A stretch of 64,000 nt of DNA from the human T2T-CHM13v2.0 reference genome, Homo sapiens, in assembly GCF_009914755.1 (NCBI RefSeq), contig NC_060926.1; one strand, given 5' to 3'. The notes below the pieces were generated by a model. The model was given only the letters and a program-made list of their open reading frames with translations. It was not told the origin of the DNA and searched no databases. The translations under genes were made by a program, and so were the position numbers. Positions 14,596 through 29,289 of the stretch are shown here, one piece after another. Each line of letters begins with the position of its first letter. Position 1 is the stretch's first letter.

Positions 14596-15608
14596 GGGTG
14601 TCTTATGCACAAGTCATGAAATCAGTCTGGCTGTATTTTTTGCAACTCAGGTGACTTAGGCATTTTAACCAAATATTCGGGCTTGTTTATTCAAAATTAC
14701 AGCAGCCAGATAGCACAAATCAATCGGAAGAGTAATTCTAAAATGTGATAGAAGGGTTTGAAGGCAACTAAATCCTGAAGAGGGGCTTCGGTGGCCAGTT
14801 TCCCAGGTGGCAGAGCATGGCCATGAGTTTGGAAATGGGCCTTTGGTTGGTGTGGGGGCAGAGAAGGCACTTCTCTTCCATCACGGAATTTCTGTTCATA
14901 GTAATTCAGTGAAACATAAAATATTTATGGGAGAAAACTTTTATAGAAATCTTCTTTCCTCAGAGGATTTTAAAGGCGCAGTCTCCCCGACATCAAACAT
15001 TCCTGTGAAAAATTAAAAATCCAGTCAATCAACCAGCTGTTTCTAAATATACAAAAATATGGCACAAACCATCTGAGTTTTTGCTTTTTGGTTGGATAAA
15101 TACATTATTTAGACACAGCCTAAAGCGCATTATGCTTATAGCTCACTAAAGAAGCAACGTTCTTGAGGTATAAACAGGGAGACATTCGTAGCAAAATTTT
15201 TCCATCAGGCAACACAAGCGCACACCTGGGCTCCGATCAAACCCCCTGATGATGTGAGCTGGACACAGTGCCTGAGAGGGAGACCTGGAGACCTGAGCAG
15301 GATGCCCTGAGCCTTCTGCACACTGCTGGGCCAGGTACCCTTCACCTAGCAAGTGACAGGATGGGACAGAGTGAGGCATACTTTCTAACTCCATGATTTT
15401 GTCCTGTGGTGAAGATGGCCCATCACAGAGAGAGCAAGAGCATGGGAATACCTGTTGGCCTCCATGTGGGACAAGGACAGCCAACTGCATTGGCCCAGGA
15501 TGATGCCCTCAGGCTTATTCACTTCATTAGTGGCAGAATTAGTGAGAATCTGCAGCTTTCAAGCAACCAAGTCACTTTAGTATTTAATAATCTCAGTCAT
15601 GAACATGA

Positions 15609-16047
<439 letters not shown>

Positions 16048-16785
16048 GATTCATGCTTTAGATTGATAGGAGGGAAGATGAGTGAGAAGACTGAAGAGGA
16101 CAGCTCTCTTTGAGAGGTTTACCTGTACCAAGGCCTGTACAATTCGACTCAGGGGTTGGCTAAGGGCATTCATGTTATTTCACTAGATTCGAATGGCAGG
16201 CTTATTCACAGAAAACCCAAAATGTGTAAGGAGAGGGTGGCTCTGCAAAATTAAATTTTATGGACGATTAGCAACATATAGATATATGTACAACTTTCAT
16301 GTGCACGAACATAAAGTTAGAATTTCAGAACCCTCCAAGTCACTCAATCACTCAATGGTGTGCTCAGGGCCCCAGCTAACACTCTTCTGAAAACAAAATA
16401 AACACAGGTTGACAAAGATGAGTTAGAAACTCTCCGATGGTGAGGATGGTCCCCAGTGTGATGGATCCCTCGTCATTGGACCAGCTTCCTCTTGTGCTCA
16501 CCCTGGGTCTGGATGTCACCTTGAAAAAGCCTGGGCCAGTGTCCTGAGCAGTGAGCTACTTGGATCAGCTCTTTGGACTTCAGAGAAGGCAAAACCCACC
16601 ACTGGGTTCTGTGGCCGCACAAGGGAAAGGAAGCAGTCTCTGGGTATCTGCAGAGGGCAATGGTTGACCTACCTAAGGAAAAGAAACGTCTTGGACCAGA
16701 ACTATCTATACGGATGCTGCATTGTTTTCAGTGAGGATGGTGATTGCATTGACTTCACTGAGTTGGATGATGACTAAAAGATGCA

Positions 16786-17139
<354 letters not shown>

Positions 17140-17214
17140 TCATGTTAGCTCCTATGGCACGGCTATGTACACACCATATTGTATGAAATTGCATAAATAT
17201 AGGAGGATGGAGGA

Positions 17215-17425
17215 TGAGCCGATGGGCTCCAGAATCTGGCTGTTGCGGTTAAGATCCTTGCTCTGCTAGTCAGCTCCATGGGCTTGGCCCATTCCTCAGC
17301 CTCTCTGTGCCTCAGTATCCTTGTGTGTCCAGTGGGGTTTTGTGAAAGTCTCTGTGAGGATCAGATATGCATCGCACATGAGTTGTACCCGGTGCACAGC
17401 ACATGTTAGGCATTATCACTATTAA
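17215..17425 (+). mobile_element. MIR
   Basis: CCTCTCTGTGCCTCAGTATCCTTGTGTGTCCAGTGGGG core; TGTGAGGATCAGAT. Confidence 0.65.
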
Positions 17426-18244
17426 ATTAAGAATTTTATGTAGAATGGCCTTTTTCTGCATTGACCACACTGACATATCACTTTAATCTAATAGTCTGAC
17501 TTTAAAAACTGCTTCTACATCATTATATGAAAGGATTAGTTAAGCTTTTTCCTATGATTCCTGTGAGATATACGTTGACAAGAACTTCCATTTATAGGTG
17601 AAAAAAACAAGATGGTGAGTTCTGGTGGGTTCCCGGTCACAGCCCCATGGTTGATGGATCTGTGCCTAACAGTTCAGCCCAGGCTTCCTCTTCCTCCCCT
17701 GTAGCCTGCCTGCACGAGTGCTGGGTCTGCATCCACCATGGGGTGAGGAAAGGGGATTAGTCCAACTGAGCGGTGTGGTCACCTCCTGACCCAGGTGCCC
17801 CATGGAGTCAACTGGTGGCCAGGCTGTGCCTTTCAGGACAGAATTCAAAAAACACAGATAGACAGTAAGAGTTCCTTTACCAAGATCTTTGCTATTTCAG
17901 TGAAAAGCACACTGTCCAAAAAATCTGCATGGAGATCATTATAAACGACCCTACAATGTAGACATGCTAAGGGGAGCTGGTCTTCCTCCTGCATTGTTCT
18001 GGAGACTCAGCCTCAGCCCTGATCCCTGCACCCACAGGGGTGAGAACAAGCAGGGAGCTCCCAGGTCCTAGGGCTGCCTTATCTATTTCTGGGCCTGGTG
18101 TTCTCTTTTTTTTCTGTGCATGTGCTCATCTTTTCCTTAACTGTACTATTTTCCTGAGGGATTTTATTTAGAGCTTTACAAAAAATCCAAAAAAATCAAA
18201 CCTCCGAGCCCAGACTGGGGCATCTTCACCATGTGTGTGCACAG

Positions 18245-18248
<4 letters not shown>

Positions 18249-18282
<34 letters not shown>
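18249..18282. repeat. (GT)17 microsatellite
   Basis: Perfect dinucleotide run. Confidence 0.95.
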
Positions 18283-18284
<2 letters not shown>

Positions 18285-21164
18285 TTTCTCACTGGCCCTA
18301 TCCCTCAAGCGTCATCCACACTTCACATACAGCTGCACCTTTTTGGGCTGAGCGGTCCTCAAAGCCTTTGCTATGTTTATTTCTCTACAGGGCCCGACAA
18401 TTTCAAAGCCAATCAAACTTGATGAAAACTCAAAGGGTATTTTTTCTTTTTAAATCTTCACTACCAATTGCCCACATATTTTAGGTAAACAACAAAATAC
18501 AAGCAGGCGCTATGACTCTCTTCACTTGGTTCAGTTCCTTCGGATGCTGTAATTTACAGGACTTTGCTTTCTACCTTATGGTTGTTTATTTTCCTTAATA
18601 GCCTTTTAGGAGGGGCCTTATCAGAAGCTTTCCGAAAAGTACACTAAATTATGTCTACTGGGTCAATTTTGTCTTCAGTTTTATTAATCTAGAAATTATA
18701 ACTGTAATATTTCCTGAAAGTGTCTGATACTACGGAAGCCACAAATGCAGTAATTAACATGCAATTTGAAAAATTTATTCCCAGAGATCCAAACACAGTG
18801 AAAAACAGAAGAGCCACAAGAGACAAACAAATGCAAATGAGAAATAATTCTGCACCCTATTCCTGCTGCTGCTTATGTTACTTTCCACTTCCTATGCCCC
18901 TATTTTTCTATTAACCTCAGAGGTAATCATTGGGTCTATTGGATAAAAATATTGAGGGGAAACTTCGTTCATCAGAGGTTTTGAGCATTTCTGTAACTAC
19001 TTAGGATTTGTTTGCTGGTTCAGAAATGGGCATAATTGAGCAAAGAAGCATCTGACCTGGAAGACCACGGGCTAAAGGCCAGCTAGCCCTGGGGAGTATG
19101 AGTTCTCTCCAGGAAGCTTCTAGAGTCACCTCCAAGAAGGGCCAGCACTGCCCTGCAGGTGGGCAGCTGGGGCAGATGAGCAGGGAGTCTGTTTCAGCAC
19201 ACAAGGGCTCGGTAGCTGGGCAGTTAGCACCGGGAAGCCTGAGCGGCAGGGAGCAGGAACTCGAACGTGGATACCAGGATTTAGGATCCAAGAATAAGGC
19301 AGGATTGAGTAACAGGATGTGGTGCTGGAAGCTTCCTCCCAGCTCCAAGGAAGCCAGAAGGACTCCATAGTCTCTAGCTGTGTGTTGCTTGGCCCTCTCA
19401 TCCCCATACCTGTTAGACCTAAACCTGGCTGGGTAGGGGTCCCTGCATGGAACTTCTGCCCTCAGCCCTGTGTCTTGGGGGAATGATGGCCCCAGCCACC
19501 TGCACCCCCAGGCCACGTGGTGCAATCCAAAGGACGTGGACTTGAGGCCAGACTGGGATCTAATTCCAGATGGACTAAAGAGCCCTGCAGGATCCTAAGC
19601 CAAAAATTCCTGAAACCCCAGAAGCTTGTGAGGGAGGTTCTACGAGATAACACGGCATCTTTCAAAGTTCAGTCCAGTTGTAACACCTGCATTGTTCACC
19701 CATACTTTTGTAATAACTCTATTTTAAGTAGGTTTTTAAAATCCCCTCTCAACTTCTTCCACAAGTAGCACATGAGGCATCCTCAGGAAAGGCTGAGGTT
19801 GTGCAGCTGAATCATGTGGCTGAGAGCCTGGCTTGCAGCCAGACCATCCCCTCTGCTCAGTTTCCTCATGACACTCCACGTCCTGGTCCCTTTCTCCTCC
19901 TCATTCTCTCGTCGAACCTTGGTGAAGCCTGAGTGCTGACCCCTGTGCCCCGCCTCTCCTGGAGAAGCCTGTTTGAGTGAAGATGGACTGACGTGGGATC
20001 ACGATGGTCTCATATCCTGCTGTTGTGTTCCCTTCATGTGTGGGATCTGGATGCCTGCTTGGGACACCAGGTCAGGCCCCTTGACATGAATGCAACACAG
20101 ATTGGTCCTCGGAGCTTCAAATCAAGGGACTCTGGCTGTTGGATGCCCTTTTTCAGGGGCAGTCCTACACTGGCATTGCACCTTTGAGTCCTTGTCCTAA
20201 ATAGTCCAGTTTCCTCCTCTCTCCTTGAAAGCTTACGGTTAAAATCCCAGCACACCCGTGTCAGGAATACCTGATAGTCCAGAAGTAGAGGAATTGGGAA
20301 GGGGAGTTAACTCCAGATCAGGGGTGAGATGCCAAGGTTGGCATTGCATTTTAGAGTTGAAAGGACCTGACTTTAGAGCTAAAGAAGGAGAAGCCAGCAG
20401 CATAAAGTAAGCTGCCTAAGATCACACAGCTACTAAGAGTCAGAATGAAGAACCAGACCCTCAATTATACTGAGTCTTTATTCCTACAGAAGCTGCCCGG
20501 AGCTCCTCCACCCAGAACTGGGGACCTGGGTCTCTGCTCCCCAACCCTGGCAGGTGTTTAGGAATTGTTCATTTTGGTAGAACCACACCTGGGAGAAAGG
20601 AAAACAGAGCATCCCTTTGCTCATCCATTTTTACCTTCCCACCTGCAATAGTGAGAAGAAGGAAGGGGAAAACCCCCCTCCCCCTACAGCCCACTCAGCC
20701 AATCCCCAGGAGCACTGCCAGCCAGCTCACAAGCCCACTTAGTGGTGAGTGGCACAAACACCCACTCCAAGACCCAGGACGAACCCCAGCCCCGCCCATG
20801 TGGGGAACACAGATACCCCTGCTCTCAGGCAAAGGAATCATCAGTGCTGGAAAGGAATGGAGAATCAGTCAGCGATGACTCAGAAGTCGATCTTTTTGTC
20901 TGCACACTGCTGAAATGTTTAGATAAAAAGTGAGACATCACCTCAAACCAGATGTTTATATGCATTTCAACCAAGGTTTAGATATTTGGAAATGCTGGGT
21001 GGATATGACATTTCAGTATCCCTTCAAAGACCAACACATGGAAGCCAAGAAAGGCTTTCTTTCTAGGGCCTTATGAAGATAGATTAAGAGATAAGCTTGG
21101 CTAGGTTCAAAACCACAACTCATGTGGCTACTGAAATACCCAAGAAAAAATTGTTTTCCTAAGT

Positions 21165-21535
21165 TATAAGAGGGACTGAATGTTCTTGTCCCCCCAGAGT
21201 TCCTATGTTGAAATCAAATCCCCAAGGTAATGAAATTTGGAAGTGGGGCATTTGGGAGGTGATTAGTCACAAGGGTGGAGCCCTTGTGAGTGTCGTGAAT
21301 GGGATTAGTGCCCGCTTAAGAAGAGGCCGGAGAGCCAGCTCCATCTCTCTCCACCCACTGAGGACACGTGGAGAGGTAGGCAGTCTGCAGCCTGGAAGGA
21401 GCACCTCACCAGGTCCCAGCCATGCTGGTCCTCTGATTTCGGACTTCCAGCTTCCAGAACTGTGAGAAATAAATTTCTGCTGTTCGTACGTCACCCAGTG
21501 TATAATGCTTTGTCATAGCGGCCTGAACTAAGATG
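21165..21535 (+). mobile_element. MLT1A-type MaLR LTR
   Basis: GGACTGAATG...TATGTTGAAATC...GGACTTCCAGCTTCCAGAACTGTGAGAAATAAATTTCTG...ACTAAGA. Confidence 0.85.
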
Positions 21536-23559
21536 CTGAAATGAAGATACGTTTTCCTGGGGATATTATTGTTTAGATTAGAGGCATAAAAATATGATTA
21601 TAGAATAAAATAAAATAAGTCTTCAAACCAGTGTGATCAATTATGCTATCAAGCTTAATGGCAATAATTATTAAGTAAAATTCCCATGTAGAATAGAAAT
21701 TCTAGTGTCAAAAATGTAAAATATTTGGTACTAGAGTTTCTATTACATATAAAGAGTTAATTAAAGACTGTCGTATTTTATGACTATGAAGTAAAGCATA
21801 TCATAGTGGTCCTTTGGTAAGCCTTACTAACAAAATGTACAGATAAAAAGTGTTTTTAAAAAATAAGACACTTTGAATTTTTCTGCTTGAATTTTTGAAT
21901 ATTTTCCTTAGATGCTGGCTTTAGAATGAGATCATTTCCCAATCTTTTCGTACCTTTTTCTGCCTGAGTTAAAATGTTCACTAAAAGGTAAGCATTTTGA
22001 AGGCTGTTACCCACAGGATAAGGAAAGAATGTATTCCAGTAGTCCACTTTGGGGAATCAACATTTTTTTTACCTGTTAAATTTTTCATGGAATTCCTGCT
22101 AATAGTATGACAGGTATCTGACAGCAGAACCAGAAGATAAAATAGATACAGAAAGTTATTCGATTGGTGATTGGAAGGAAGGAGGCCAGAGAGTATTCAG
22201 TGACTCCTGAAAATTCTCCCTATACAGTGAATGCCAGTGAGATGAAACCAATAAACTTTGACCAAAGGAAGAAATCTGAATTCTAATCCAAGGAGCATGG
22301 TGAGCATGAAGTGCCATGGAGATACTCAAAAGGATGATTCCTCCCTGACACGGGAAAATTCACAGACCCAGCACATAAGCGACGGATCGGCAGTATGGGT
22401 TGTGTGTGCCTGCTGTGCCTGGGTTGTGTGTTTCCACACCCACAGAGGAACTCCGGGGCTGCAGCATGAGTGCTGTGTGAGCCCAGAGCAGAGCTTCGGG
22501 ACAGCCCTGATTCTTTCCTTTCCCCTTTCCGGTAAAGCAGAGAAACTAAAAAGAGACCCATTTTTCTCCTCTGTGCCTGAGTATATGGCATTTCTGGCAC
22601 AATAGAGAGGATCAGATCCTTAAGCCTGAAACACAGCTCTCTCTATAGAATTTATCTATATGTGGTGTGTCATAGTCTATTATGGGTTTGTGTGGGGCTG
22701 GATCAGATTAATACCCTGGATCCAAGTCATCTTTCCAAATGAATCCAAATGAAAATATTGGCTTGGAGAAGATTTCTTGGTAATGAATATAATGCAGAAT
22801 AATGAACAGTAGCCAAAAAGAGAGAGGATGTAGAACCAATCAAAGGAAGGGCAGATGTTTAAAATGTCTTTTGCTGTTTGAGACTGTGAGCCAACAAAGG
22901 TAATTATGTCTGTGCTTTCTCAATTTCCACACAGGAGAGAGGCACTTTGAGGTTTTCCAAGCTCTCGTCCTATCTATGCTTTGGGCGCTGAACAGGGAGG
23001 GGACCGTGATGCCATGCATGGCCAACAGCAACGGATGCCAAGCAAGGCTCATGGCATAAGACAGACTCGAGGTGAGGGCACTCCCAACCACGCAGGTGAA
23101 ATACACACATTCGAAGACTGCCCTTGTGGGTGTGTGTCCAAGTGCAGAAGCACATAGCAGGGAGCCCACTTAAATCCTGCCCTCCAGGATCACAAGAATC
23201 ACAAGATGCCATAGTTCCAAATTGAAATGGAGATGATGTCAGATAGTTTGTCTACGCACTGAGGGAGGGAGGTGGCCTAGGCCTTTGATGAAAATGGGCA
23301 GAGCAGCAGGATAGAGTTTCTAGTGACTCTAGGATGGGAGACTGGGTGACCTCCAATTCTTTTCACCAATGGAGGGCTGGATAAAATAAAAATGCTATGG
23401 TTTGAGTGTATCTCAGACAAGGGCCATAAACGATGTACACTGCGCATGGTTAGATGACACTTTAACAACTGACACTTACACATCAAGTGAGGGCGTCCTT
23501 CCACTGCACAGCTACATAGAAAAATATGGAATGGTAAAGAAGAAAGAAGAACCGTGAGC

Positions 23560-26400
23560 AGGAGAACCATTCCATTTTATTCCTTATATGTACAAACATG
23601 AATAATTTGACATGATGTTTAGACAGTTTCCCCCTAACTTAAGTCTTTTAATTAAAATGAAAGGAAGAAAATACGCTTTAAATATGAATGCGAGAAGGTG
23701 TGAGTTGACAGCCCCCAGCCTTCCTACTCTTCTCTCGCTGTTGTTAGCAAGCACAATAAAATCTCATCTTCCCCTGTCGTCTTTTCATAATGTTTATGGT
23801 TGTTTTAGGTAACACGTAAACCATACTGAATGTGATATTCCCCTTATGACATGTCAGGGGCACATATTAAACTAGAGCCTGTCCCTTATTCGGCTATTTA
23901 CTTTTGTGGCAAATCAATGTATTTTCCTTGACTCACCAGGCAATATTGCAAGGCTGCCCGTGGCCAGGAAGGTAAATGCTAACTTTTCAGCCTGCGCCAA
24001 GTGGCACACCCTCGGCTCACTACCGAGTGAATGAGAGCAGTATATTCTGGACTGAAAAATGGGCTCGGATGTTGGCCCTAATAAATTACATGATTATTAA
24101 AATGCTGTGCAGTTCCTGCCCATATCACTTTATTTTACCTCTTGCTGTCTCCCCCTGGTTGCCTGCTCCACTTTACCTCTGTTTTCTGTGTGCTTAACTT
24201 GTAAAATGCTAAACAAGTTTTGATATTTACCTGTTTATGATTAAATTGCAAAATGATCTGCTTAGTTCTGTTCTAAATTAAGGTCTGCATTAAATGTCAT
24301 AGCATTTATCTTTCATAAAATGAGACAGCAAGGACACTAATTTCCTAGGTATTCAATCACTGCCCTGTGCCACTGGAGAGACAGCCCAGGAGCAAGCCTG
24401 CCCACAGTTCACAGCTCACTGACAGCCCTGAGATGGAATCATAAAAGTCAATTAATCATTAAAAGCTGTTACAAGCACATATTGAACCAGTCTGGCACAA
24501 AATGTTAATCAGTCCAATATCAATATAATAAATTCCTGCAAATTGGAGCGATCGATATGTTTTGGGCCTAATGAATCAATTTGAGGGCACTGAGCTGCTC
24601 CTTGGGGTCCCCATGACACGGCAGCCGGGTGAGTGCTACATCTCTAGGCGCACTGCCAACAGAGGTCACCTATCCTAACAGGCTGTTCACTTCAGCCGCA
24701 GTTACCACGGTGACAGCATGTCACCATTGCCCTAGTGTCCTTCTAGGTAAGGTGGAAACCAATGCATCACTGCCCTTGATGGATTTGTCAATAATACTTA
24801 GCAGGGGAGGGGAACTGCTCACATAACACTCGCAGGTCTCCAGTCCCCGAGCAGTTTGGTGTGATTTAATTGTCTGAAGAGGTGTGTGCTTCTGCATATA
24901 TGCAGGAACTAAGCAGTGGTCACAGGCAGAGGGAGTTAGCAGTGGAGCTGACTGCATTGGAAAGCCTTGGGAAAACAGCACGGAAAATAACAGGCGGCCG
25001 GAGCCACGGCCAGGTTGGTGTTCCATTAACCAAGTCGCTGTGTAAGTAAGAAATAACCTGGAGCTTCTCACATTAAGAATTTATTAGCTACAAAATTTTA
25101 ATACATTACTCATGAGTGGAAATGGAGTTGCGTATTAATGCCCCAAGGCTTAGACTCAGCAGCAACATTTCTAGACACCTGCTTACAGACTGTAGATGTT
25201 CACCAGGAAAAGTCCATCAGGGGAAATTTGGGGAGTCAGGAATGATGGGCGAGGCTCCCTCCCTCTTTCTCTCCTCCAACCTCCCTCTCCCTATCTCTCC
25301 CTCTCTTCCCTCTCTCGCCCCCTCTCTCATCACTCCCTATTACCTGCAACCTTCTCCTTGCCCAACAGAACCACAACCCCAAAAGTGTGAAGCAAATGGG
25401 ACACTCAGAAGGGGGATTTTAAGCCAGTCTCTTCATCATCTGTTTTTAAAAACCAGAGTTTTCATGTTTTAAAACATTTTATCTTTTGTTGCACCTATTA
25501 AAACTGACCAGTGAAGAGGGAGCCAAGAGCATTTTGGCATTGCAGAGTGGAATGAAGCCTCTTTAGAGATCAAAGAAATCTCAGCTCCCGAGACTCGGGG
25601 GAATCACCGTGTTCCAGAACCTTCACTGTCATTTAACATAAAACATAAAGGTTAACATTGAATGAAACAATACCCTGGCTGATTATTTTAATAGTCTCAA
25701 AGTTCAACCTTTTCCCCTGGATTGCTGTTATAGACCATGTGGACTGTACAGGCTTTGCAGTTGTTTGCCCCTTTCCTGCTGTACCGATAGGAGAGTAGCG
25801 GTCAGTCAAATCCCCAGCAGTGACTGTGTGCATCTCCCTCACAGTCATTCATTCCCTTATAGCAAAAATATGGCAGCTATGGCAATCTGAAGAAATGTTA
25901 ATTTCTACTAGCTAGTTATGTTTAATGATTTTTTTCTTACCTGAATAAAAGGGAGAAAAAATAATTTTTATAATGGTGGTCTGAATTATAAGAAACATCC
26001 AAATAAATTACAAATTCTCCACTAAAGAAATAACTATTCACCACACTGAGACAGGGCAATGTTAAGGGTATGCAGACAAAGGTAATGCAGGGCCTCCGCT
26101 TAATTGCCCTGACATCGCGCTTAGTTCCTCCAGCGACACTCTGAGAGCTAAAAATCTCTCATTGTTATTAATTGTATTCCTTTTAGAATGTAATGTCATA
26201 TCGCTGCAGGCTGAGCTAATGAAACATACCCATATTACCAAAATAGGCATATTTCTTTTTGTTCAACGCGTTCTATCAAAACTGTCTGCTAAAGACATTG
26301 TGTTAAAGATCCTTTCATAGTGTAATATAAAGAATATCTCAACTACCTCAACATTTCTATTACACAATTACTAAAATGCCCAGGAGGACTAAACAATATA
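23560..26400. promoter_or_regulatory. Candidate cluster of conserved developmental enhancers
   Basis: No recognisable TE from about 21540 to 28400; dense TAAT/ATTA, TGATTA, CATAAA, TGACAG and ATCAAT/ATCGAT motifs. Inferred from composition only. Confidence 0.4.
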
Positions 26401-27758
26401 GTGTGAATTCAGTTATCCTATAAGACTTTAGAAATATTGCTAATTCCTACCTCTGATTTATGTTAATATTAATGCTAGATTACATGCTATGGCTTCTGAA
26501 CAGCCACTGCATACCAATTGGTACAAAGGCAGGGTGCTCCCATGCACCGGTGCTATATGCCTCTATTATAATGAGAATCTGAATTATTTATCTCTATTTA
26601 TCCTACAGGAGTTCACCTGACCTCAGTCCCATTTTCTTTTCCTACTGCACATCAATACATGTAAACATGACTTCAGAGCTGCTGCACGCTTTATGTGTGC
26701 TGTTCTGTTTCAGCCACAAGGCACAGTAATAGGCAGTAGACAAAATGTTACACCACTAAGAGAATTCATTTAAGCATTTATTTGAGGTAAACTCTCCTAA
26801 TTAAGTCAACTTTAACACAGACACGCAAATGGCACCAGGCATATGTGTCTGGCGCCTAAACGTTGTCTGGTGAGCCCAAAGGAAGTCAGGCAGTGGCAGG
26901 ACAAGGAGACGGTTAATAAATTCAGCCTCTCCTTCCTATAACCTTTCTGTTAGAAAAATGTTTGTCTGTGGGGGTTAAGAAGCTCTACGGGTTCTTGCAG
27001 GAAGATGGGCTTTTCATTCTTTGGCTTGTACATACATCAGCTACATTAAGATTTGGTTCTGATTTTGCTTTGATAGTTACTCAAGTTGGTCTGCTGAATG
27101 ACCAGCAAGTTCCTTTCCTTGCTCAAGGAAAGGCCAAGGTGAGTTGAAATGATTGGAAGTCGTAGGTAAGATTCAGATTCTTAGCTGAATGGCCTTAAGC
27201 TTTCTGAGATGGGGAAGGTTCCAGAGGGCCTAGAGTATGAAAGAGAACTTTCATGGTAGGTATTGTGGGGATGAAGCATTTGCAAAGCACTACAAAGCCA
27301 GAATTTCCATCAGAAGAAGAACAAGTTGCCAGCAATTGGATTTGCAATAATTTAGGTAGCCCAAAGTAGCACATTAAAGTGGCACTCTCTACTCTGCAGC
27401 TGTGGGGAACGGTTGGAGGGTCAACTACTTAGAGCTAATTATCAGAGAGTGAACCATTAAAACCCTCTTAGGTGATCAAATGATGTACCTTTAGTTCATC
27501 TGAACCTATTACAGTATAGTCTATCATATGTCACCAACAGGGCCACTGTAAAGTGTACATAAAGTAGGAGTGAAATGGGTATAGCAAAAAGTCCTGGAAA
27601 TGTGAGTTTGTATTTATATAAAAAATCAACCAAAAAAATCAAGAAATAAAGTATTAATGAGTATATACTGCAAAGGGCAATCCAGTGGAACGAATCCAGT
27701 TAATAACCAATAACCTGTGAAATGTGAATCTCAAACAAGAATATGAATTTATTTGTTT

Positions 27759-27801
27759 ACTATAAATGTTCCTTACTATAAATGTAAGGAACATTTATAG
27801 T
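27759..27801. repeat. Perfect 18-bp-arm inverted repeat with 7-nt loop
   Basis: ACTATAAATGTTCCTTAC-TATAAAT-GTAAGGAACATTTATAGT. Confidence 0.95.
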
Positions 27802-27879
27802 GTTCCTTATCTAAATTGTGGTATAATATATGGCATGGCACACACTTCTTTAACACACCTTGTAGAAAGGCAAAGTCAA

Positions 27880-27960
27880 ATGTATACTGAGGTACATCAG
27901 TTCCTGTCCTTTACACGTCTCATGTATAGGACGATGTATATCAGTTCCTGTCCTTTACAC
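27880..27960. repeat. Two-copy tandem duplication, period about 44 bp
   Basis: ATCAGTTCCTGTCCTTTACAC is exact at 27896-27916 and 27940-27960. Confidence 0.9.
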
Positions 27961-28690
27961 ATTCCAAGCCCTCTAAGACTGAAGCTCTTAAGGCTGTGGT
28001 ACCTGGGGTGCAAGAGAGGGGCGTGGAGGGGATGAGAACCAGGCAGATGAATAATGCAGTTTGGGAAGAGAAAGGCAGAGAATGAGTCTCTGGGCCCGCT
28101 GAATTCCTCAGGCCAGACTTCCCAGTGAGCTCACGAAACATGTAGGAAATGGAGCCATTATTCCAGAGATCCTAGCCAGCCCTAAGACCTGGTATCAACC
28201 CCATGGGTATTTAACCAGCACAGACAACTGCCATCGCAGCGACAAGGTCCAACTGGGATGAGCACGGATTTGGAAATGAGCATCTGGACACCTGGAACTC
28301 CTAGCTGGCTGGCTGCTCATGTGCCTCCTGGTCTGTTAGCTCAATAACACGACCTTTCATCTCACATGATTGATTTTGTTGGATTCCACTCATAGCATCA
28401 TGACAGACTTTTACTACCTATTTTCCTTCTTTTAAAATTTCATTCTATTATAAGAGTAATACATGCAATTTTTTAAATAGACCATAGTATTTAGTACATA
28501 GACTATTTTACAAACTGCATACTTCCACTTTATGCATATAGTGGAAGTCCCTTTATTCTTACCCTCCAGGGTTAACTACTATAACTGTCTGCTGAATGGT
28601 ATGTCAGATTTTACTTACATATGTATTAATATGTAACTGAAGAAGAGTTTTGTTTTAACAAAGTTCAGTGTCCTATTAGACATTAATGTG

Positions 28691-29135
28691 TGTATTAGTT
28701 TTCTGTGACTGTTGTAACAAATCACCACAAACTGGGTGGTTTAAAACAACAGAAATGTATTCTGCAAGCCAGAAGTTCAAAATCAAGGTGTCGGCAGGGT
28801 CATGCCTCTGAGGTTTTAAGAGGGAATGTGTTCCAGCCCTCTTTTCTAGTTTCTAATGGCTTCCAGCGATCCTCAGCCTCCTTAGCTTATAGCTTCATTG
28901 CTCCAATTTCTGCTTTCCTCTGCAGGACGCCATCTTCCCTCTGTGAGTGCCTGTGTCCAAAATATTCTCTTATAAAAACACTGGTTCTTGGATTAGGGCC
29001 CACTCTAATTCAGTATGACCATCTTAACTTGATTGCATCTGCAAACATCCTGTTTCCAAATATGGTCACATTCTCAGGTTTTGGGGGTTTGAACTTGAAC
29101 ACACCTTTTGAGGGGACACAATTCAACCCACAGCA
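28691..29135 (-). mobile_element. MLT1C-type MaLR LTR
   Basis: TGTATTAGTTT...GTAACAAATCACCACAAACTGGGTGGTTTAAAACAACAGAAATG...GGACACAATTCAACCCACAGCA. Confidence 0.85.
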
Positions 29136-29289
29136 ATGGGAACATATTTGGCTGGTGATAGCCTTTGAAAGTCATGAACAAATAGATGGGAGAGTTTTTG
29201 GTTGGCTTGCTTGCTTGCTTCATTGGCATACAAACAATTTTCTATATTCATGTAGTTCCAGTTGGCAATCATTCCTCACACAGCTTCTA

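Noticed and set aside
18240-18440. Donor CAG|GTGAGT at 18244/18245 and acceptor TTTCTCTACAG at 18390
   Set aside because: The donor merges into the (GT)17 repeat, and no linked exons or ORF support it.
27880-27960. Repeat-spacer-repeat look, CRISPR-like
   Set aside because: Only two copies, primate DNA and no cas genes; it is a tandem micro-duplication.
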